Below are positions 59,919 through 64,000 of a stretch of 64,000 nt of DNA, piece after piece. The number at the start of each line of letters is the position of its first letter. The stretch's first letter is position 1. Source of the DNA: Spirochaetota bacterium (lineage in GTDB: Bacteria; Spirochaetota; UBA4802; JAFGJZ01); NCBI GenBank assembly GCA_035395685.1, contig DAOPBR010000002.1:84488-148487 (forward strand), given 5' to 3'. The notes beneath the pieces were generated by a model that saw nothing but the letters and a program-made list of their open reading frames with translations, was not told the DNA's origin and did not search any database. The position numbers and the translations under genes were made by a program.

Positions 59919-61465
59919 ATCTTCATGATGAAAAAGTTCTGATACTGGATTTCGGTTCGCAGTACACTCAGCTTATAGCCCGCAAAGTGCGTGAACAGAA
60001 AGTCTATGCGGAAATCGTTCCATTCAATTACCCGGTTGAAAAAATCAAAAACGAAAAACCAAGTGCAATCATCCTTTCAGGCGGCCCTTCTTCAACTTAT
60101 GACAAAGGCGCTCCCTTCGTTTCAAATGAAATCTTCAACTTGAATGTTCCAGTACTCGGCATCTGTTACGGTCTTTACATGATAGTAAACGGTTTTGCCG
60201 GAAAGAGCTCTTCATCAAACAAGAAAGAATACGGCAGAGCGGAAATCGTTATCAAGAAAGAATCCCCTCTTTTCAAGGGTCTTTCAGAACGCGAAACCGT
60301 ATGGATGAGCCACGGCGATAAAGTAACTGAAATTCCTTCCGGTTTTGAAATAGTTGCCGAATCAGAAAACACTCCGGTTGCGGCAATTCAGAACAAAGAA
60401 AAAAACATCTACGGCATTCAGTTTCATCCCGAAGTTTTTCACAGCGTTCACGGAAAAGAAGTCATCGCGAATTTCCTTTTCGAGATATGCAAACTCAAGG
60501 GACTATGGACGATGAAATCCTTCGTTGATTCGTCGGTTGAACAGATCAGAAGAGAAGTCGGAAACGGAACCGTTCTTCTCGGGCTTTCGGGCGGAGTCGA
60601 TTCTACCGTAACAGCTGTTCTTTTGCAGAAAGCAATCGGAGAAAAGCTTTACTGCGTATTTGTAGATAACGGCGTTCTCAGAAAAAATGAAGCCGAGAAC
60701 GTCATCAAGAGATACAAGGAAGGACTTAATCTCAACCTCATCGCTGTTGACGCGGCGGATCTATTTCTCAAAAAACTCAAGGGTGTGACTGATCCCGAAA
60801 AGAAAAGAAGAATTATCGGAAAAGAATTCATAAAGGTTTTCATGAAGGAAGCAAAGAAGATCGGACGTTTCGATTTTCTTGCGCAGGGAACATTATATCC
60901 TGATGTTATTGAGTCAGTTTCAATCAAAGGACCTTCAGACACCATCAAGAGCCACCACAACCGCGTTCCTGAAGTCCTTAAGCTGATTGAGTCAGGCAAG
61001 GTAGTCGAACCTCTCAAAGAGCTTTTTAAAGACGAAGTACGCGCTCTCGGTACCGAACTCGGCATTCCCCGCGAACTTATCGCGCGCCATCCTTTTCCGG
61101 GTCCGGGTCTTGCGATACGCATAATCGGCGAAATCACAAAAGCGCGCCTCGACATTCTCCGCGAAGCGGACGACATCATTGTCAGCGAAATTAAGAACGC
61201 CGGATACTATGACAAACTCTGGCAGGCATTCGGAATATTTCTTCCTGTAAAGTCTGTCGGCGTAATGGGCGATAATAGAACTTATGAAAACGTAATCGCA
61301 ATCCGTGCCGTCGAATCAACAGACGCGATGACTGCAGACTGGGCGGATCTTCCGCACGATTTCGTTAAAAAGATATCGAGCCGTATAATCAATGAAGTGC
61401 GCGGAATTAACCGTGTAGTCTATGACGTCTCTTCCAAACCGCCTTCAACAATAGAATGGGAATAA
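59915..61465 (+). CDS. guaA: GMP synthase (glutamine-hydrolysing)
   Basis: GATase1 domain (GICYG..H..E catalytic triad context), PP-loop SGGVDSTV, and the C-terminal dimerisation domain (..[17 protein letters not shown]..). Confidence 0.95.
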   Translation: MNLHDEKVLILDFGSQYTQLIARKVREQKVYAEIVPFNYPVEKIKNEKPSAIILSGGPSSTYDKGAPFVSNEIFNLNVPVLGICYGLYMIVNGFAGKSSSSNKKEYGRAEIVIKKESPLFKGLSERETVWMSHGDKVTEIPSGFEIVAESENTPVAAIQNKEKNIYGIQFHPEVFHSVHGKEVIANFLFEICKLKGLWTMKSFVDSSVEQIRREVGNGTVLLGLSGGVDSTVTAVLLQKAIGEKLYCVFVDNGVLRKNEAENVIKRYKEGLNLNLIAVDAADLFLKKLKGVTDPEKKRRIIGKEFIKVFMKEAKKIGRFDFLAQGTLYPDVIESVSIKGPSDTIKSHHNRVPEVLKLIESGKVVEPLKELFKDEVRALGTELGIPRELIARHPFPGPGLAIRIIGEITKARLDILREADDIIVSEIKNAGYYDKLWQAFGIFLPVKSVGVMGDNRTYENVIAIRAVESTDAMTADWADLPHDFVKKISSRIINEVRGINRVVYDVSSKPPSTIEWE

Positions 61466-61470
61466 AATAA

Positions 61471-61501
61471 AAGAGGGGTAACGCCCCCTCTTTTATTTTT
61501 T
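61471..61501. terminator. Bidirectional rho-independent terminator (aagagggg-gtaac-gccccctctt plus T-run)
   Basis: Perfect GC-rich stem between the convergent guaA and ClC genes. Confidence 0.65.
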
Positions 61502-62860
61502 ATCTTCAATATGCATTATTTCTTTCATTCGCTTTTTTATTTTCCGCTGAATCTTCTTCTGGTTTATTTCGCATGAAGGCTTTATTTTTCCGAATGTCTT
61601 TCCGGTTTCGACATCTACTGATTCCGACTTTCTGACTGAAAGCACCTGCGAAGGATATATGCTTCTATGACCCGTCATCAGAAAACTGACGAGGCAGGAT
61701 ACGCATGCATATGGCGCGATCTCAGGGCCGAAAAGTTCAATAGCCATTACGCTGGACGCAATCGGAGCGTTCGTCACACCTGCCAGCATACTCACCAGAG
61801 CGACAGCAGCGAATGTCTGAGGATTAATTCCGAATAATGAAGCAAATGCCGAACCGAGAGTCGAACCGACATAAAGTATCGGCGTAATTATTCCGCCGAC
61901 GCCTCCGAAGGCAAGCGTGACTGCCGTCGAAACAGTTTTTACTATCGGTGCGTAAAAAGGAACTTCGCTCCCGTGAAGTGATTTTTCGACCGTATTCATG
62001 CCGAGACTTAAGTATTCGGGAGAGATAATGAATCCAATAAGACATAGAATCAATCCACCAAAAAAAGCTCTGATGATAATATTTCCTGAAAATTTTGAAG
62101 CTATCCGGTTGATGTATTTATTGATTTCTATAAACGCAAAAGAGCAAATACCGAAAAATACACCTGCGAGAATAATCTTCAAAAAGAATAATTCAGAAAA
62201 CTGCGGCACGAAGTTCAAAGGCTCGATAAAATACTTCGCACCAAGCATAGAAGAAACCTGATACGATGTTACACCGGCAACAAGAGACGGCAGAAAAACA
62301 TCATACAATATGCTTCCGACAAATAAAACTTCAACTCCGAAAATCGCACCCGAAACCGGAACACCGAAAACACCCGCGAATCCGGCGCTGACTCCGCATA
62401 TCATGAGCTTTTTGCGGTCAACAGTATTGAACTTGAATATCGCGGAAAATAATGAACCGAAACCCGCGCCGATATCCGCACAGGGAGCCTCCTTGCCGGC
62501 TGAACCGCCTGATGCTATTGAGATTATTGACAAAAAGAATGCCTTGATTATCGAAACCAGTGAAATCTTTCTTCCACTATGAATCACGTTTATAACTTTA
62601 TCTGTTGTAAAATCAAGTGATGAAGGAAATATTTTTAATGAAAGAAATGCGACACATGGAAGAACAAAAGGCAGAATAAAGTAATAGTAAGAAAATCCTT
62701 CCTGAAGTGCAATCGAAAAATCAAGAAGCCTGACAAACAATGACGACGCAACGCCGGTGAATATTCCGACAATCGTGGCAAGAATAACCCATTTGACTAC
62801 ACTCGCAAAAATAACAGTTTCTTCGGTAATTTTTTTCTTCATTCTTCTTTCCGTCAGCAA
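61493..62860 (-). CDS. ClC-family voltage-gated chloride channel / H+-Cl- antiporter
   Basis: GSAGKEAP (ClC 'GKEGP'-type selectivity motif). Polytopic membrane protein with Gly-rich helices. Confidence 0.8.
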   Translation of the reverse strand: MLTERRMKKKITEETVIFASVVKWVILATIVGIFTGVASSLFVRLLDFSIALQEGFSYYYFILPFVLPCVAFLSLKIFPSSLDFTTDKVINVIHSGRKISLVSIIKAFFLSIISIASGGSAGKEAPCADIGAGFGSLFSAIFKFNTVDRKKLMICGVSAGFAGVFGVPVSGAIFGVEVLFVGSILYDVFLPSLVAGVTSYQVSSMLGAKYFIEPLNFVPQFSELFFLKIILAGVFFGICSFAFIEINKYINRIASKFSGNIIIRAFFGGLILCLIGFIISPEYLSLGMNTVEKSLHGSEVPFYAPIVKTVSTAVTLAFGGVGGIITPILYVGSTLGSAFASLFGINPQTFAAVALVSMLAGVTNAPIASSVMAIELFGPEIAPYACVSCLVSFLMTGHRSIYPSQVLSVRKSESVDVETGKTFGKIKPSCEINQKKIQRKIKKRMKEIMHIEDKK

Positions 62861-62973
62861 ATCCGGCTTATAAACATCCGTTTTTATGGGATTATAGACA
62901 GAAAGAAATATCAGTCAATAGGTTTACTGAAAAACTGATATTTTTTATTCAGAATATTTTTTTATATTATAAT

Positions 62974-64000
62974 TCAATCAGATGACTTCACCGTAATTTC
63001 AACACGGCGGTTTTTCTGTCGATTAATTTCATTATCATTGTCGACAGCTGAATTAGAATATCCGTAACCCTTTGACGAGATACGGTTATTTTTTATACCA
63101 CGGCCGAAAAGATATTCAGCAACTGCTTCCGCTCTTTTTTTAGAAAGCTTCATGTTATAGTCCGGGCCGCCGACATTATCAGTATGTCCTGAGATTTCAA
63201 TTTTGACTCCGGGATTATTTTTCATAAAATCATAGAGCCGTTCAAGCGCAGGCATAGACTCGGGCCGTAGTTTAGCACTTCCCGAATCGAAATAAATATT
63301 ATCCGCGGAGAAAGTATATCCTGTCCGGACTTTTCCTTTATTCAGATAAACAGTCTTTGTAACGATATCATCAGCAGAACCGGTTTCAAAAGTTTCATTA
63401 TAATAAGCATATCCGTCGGCTGTAATTTCAGCCGAATATGATGTACTTTTTCTTACGGTAAACGCCGAACGTCCGCGAGTGTCAGCTGAACTTTTCAAAG
63501 CTATCCCGGAAGTTCGATCTCCTATTCTAACAAGTTTGACATTAGCCCGTATCGGAGACTTTGTCGCGGCATCAAGCGTGATTACATCAAAAAACATTAC
63601 AGGATAACCCTGACGAAATTCATCAGAAAGACTGCAGATTACCGAACTGTCATTTTTCCGGAATGAATGATATGCCTTTCGCGAAGTGCCCTGCACATAT
63701 ACCGGGAAAAATTCATTCCTGAATGTGTTAAGGGATTTCATGTTTTCGATATTATCAATTTTAAAGTTTCCTTTTAGTGATGAAAGCGTACCCGAATATA
63801 CATCATATCCTCCGCTTCCGCCTCTTCCGTTAGATGAAAAATAAACGGTTTCACCGTCAGGATGCAGATAAACTGAACATTCATCCATTGGAGTATTGAT
63901 GTTCGCCATAGGAACGGGATTATCCCATATTCCTTTTTCATCTCTGCGTGAAATATATATATCAAGACCGGTCGTGACATTTCTGTTTGATACAAAAAGA
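62974..64000 (-). CDS. OmpA-family protein with N-terminal PD40/TolB-like beta-propeller repeats (5' end lies outside the window)
   Basis: C-terminal OmpA peptidoglycan-binding motif (ISGHTDNVGGPDYNMKLSKKRAEAVAEYL). PD40-like repeats (..YLHPDGETVYFSS..GGYDVY..). The reading frame stays open to the window edge, beyond the first Met at 63909. Confidence 0.7.
   Translation of the reverse strand, partial: LFVSNRNVTTGLDIYISRRDEKGIWDNPVPMANINTPMDECSVYLHPDGETVYFSSNGRGGSGGYDVYSGTLSSLKGNFKIDNIENMKSLNTFRNEFFPVYVQGTSRKAYHSFRKNDSSVICSLSDEFRQGYPVMFFDVITLDAATKSPIRANVKLVRIGDRTSGIALKSSADTRGRSAFTVRKSTSYSAEITADGYAYYNETFETGSADDIVTKTVYLNKGKVRTGYTFSADNIYFDSGSAKLRPESMPALERLYDFMKNNPGVKIEISGHTDNVGGPDYNMKLSKKRAEAVAEYLFGRGIKNNRISSKGYGYSNSAVDNDNEINRQKNRRVEITVKSSD

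Overview
This 64 kb window comes from an AT-rich (about 40% GC) spirochaete-type chromosome. It carries two FlaB-type periplasmic-flagellum core flagellins with the 'MIINHN...' N-terminus (Leptospira-like), one on the minus strand at 19.7-20.5 kb and one on the plus strand at 51.8-52.7 kb, about 31 kb apart and inverted. Most of the window is ordinary chromosome:
- a conserved yaaR-like/holB/PSP1(ricT-like)/metG block;
- bactofilin, the lrgAB-like pair, purE-guaA, class A PBP, CtpA-type protease, LepB, PhnA, GH1 beta-glucosidase, and a tRNA-Leu(GAG);
- an unusually dense set of c-di-GMP signalling genes. One is a cytoplasmic PBP-like sensor fused to GGDEF. A paralogous PBP-like sensor is fused to a histidine kinase and sits next to a REC-GAF-GGDEF regulator. 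There is also an HD-GYP protein.

The accessory content is concentrated at 52.8-59.3 kb, between flaB-2 and purE. First, an M.HaeIII-like C5-cytosine methyltransferase plus a putative restriction endonuclease form a 2.4 kb cassette bracketed by about 47 bp imperfect direct repeats copied from the flaB-2 terminator. Next to it is an orphan 170-aa ORF. Then come mazEF and vapBC modules, each followed within 3 nt of the toxin stop codon by a GC-rich, hairpin-dense mosaic element. A roughly 1 kb ORF-less tandem array of the same elements lies at 58.3-59.3 kb. A solo copy of this element family sits at 2.35-2.70 kb, where it supplies the last codons of an MFS transporter gene. Several stems in these elements keep base pairing through compensatory substitutions between copies. 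No recombinase or integrase is visible in the window.

Other items of interest are a decayed, internally deleted 23S rRNA 3' fragment (32.1-32.5 kb, minus strand) butting against the GH1 gene, a divergent FabV/Ter-like enoyl reductase next to a MocR regulator, and tandem TPR/beta-barrel paralogues.
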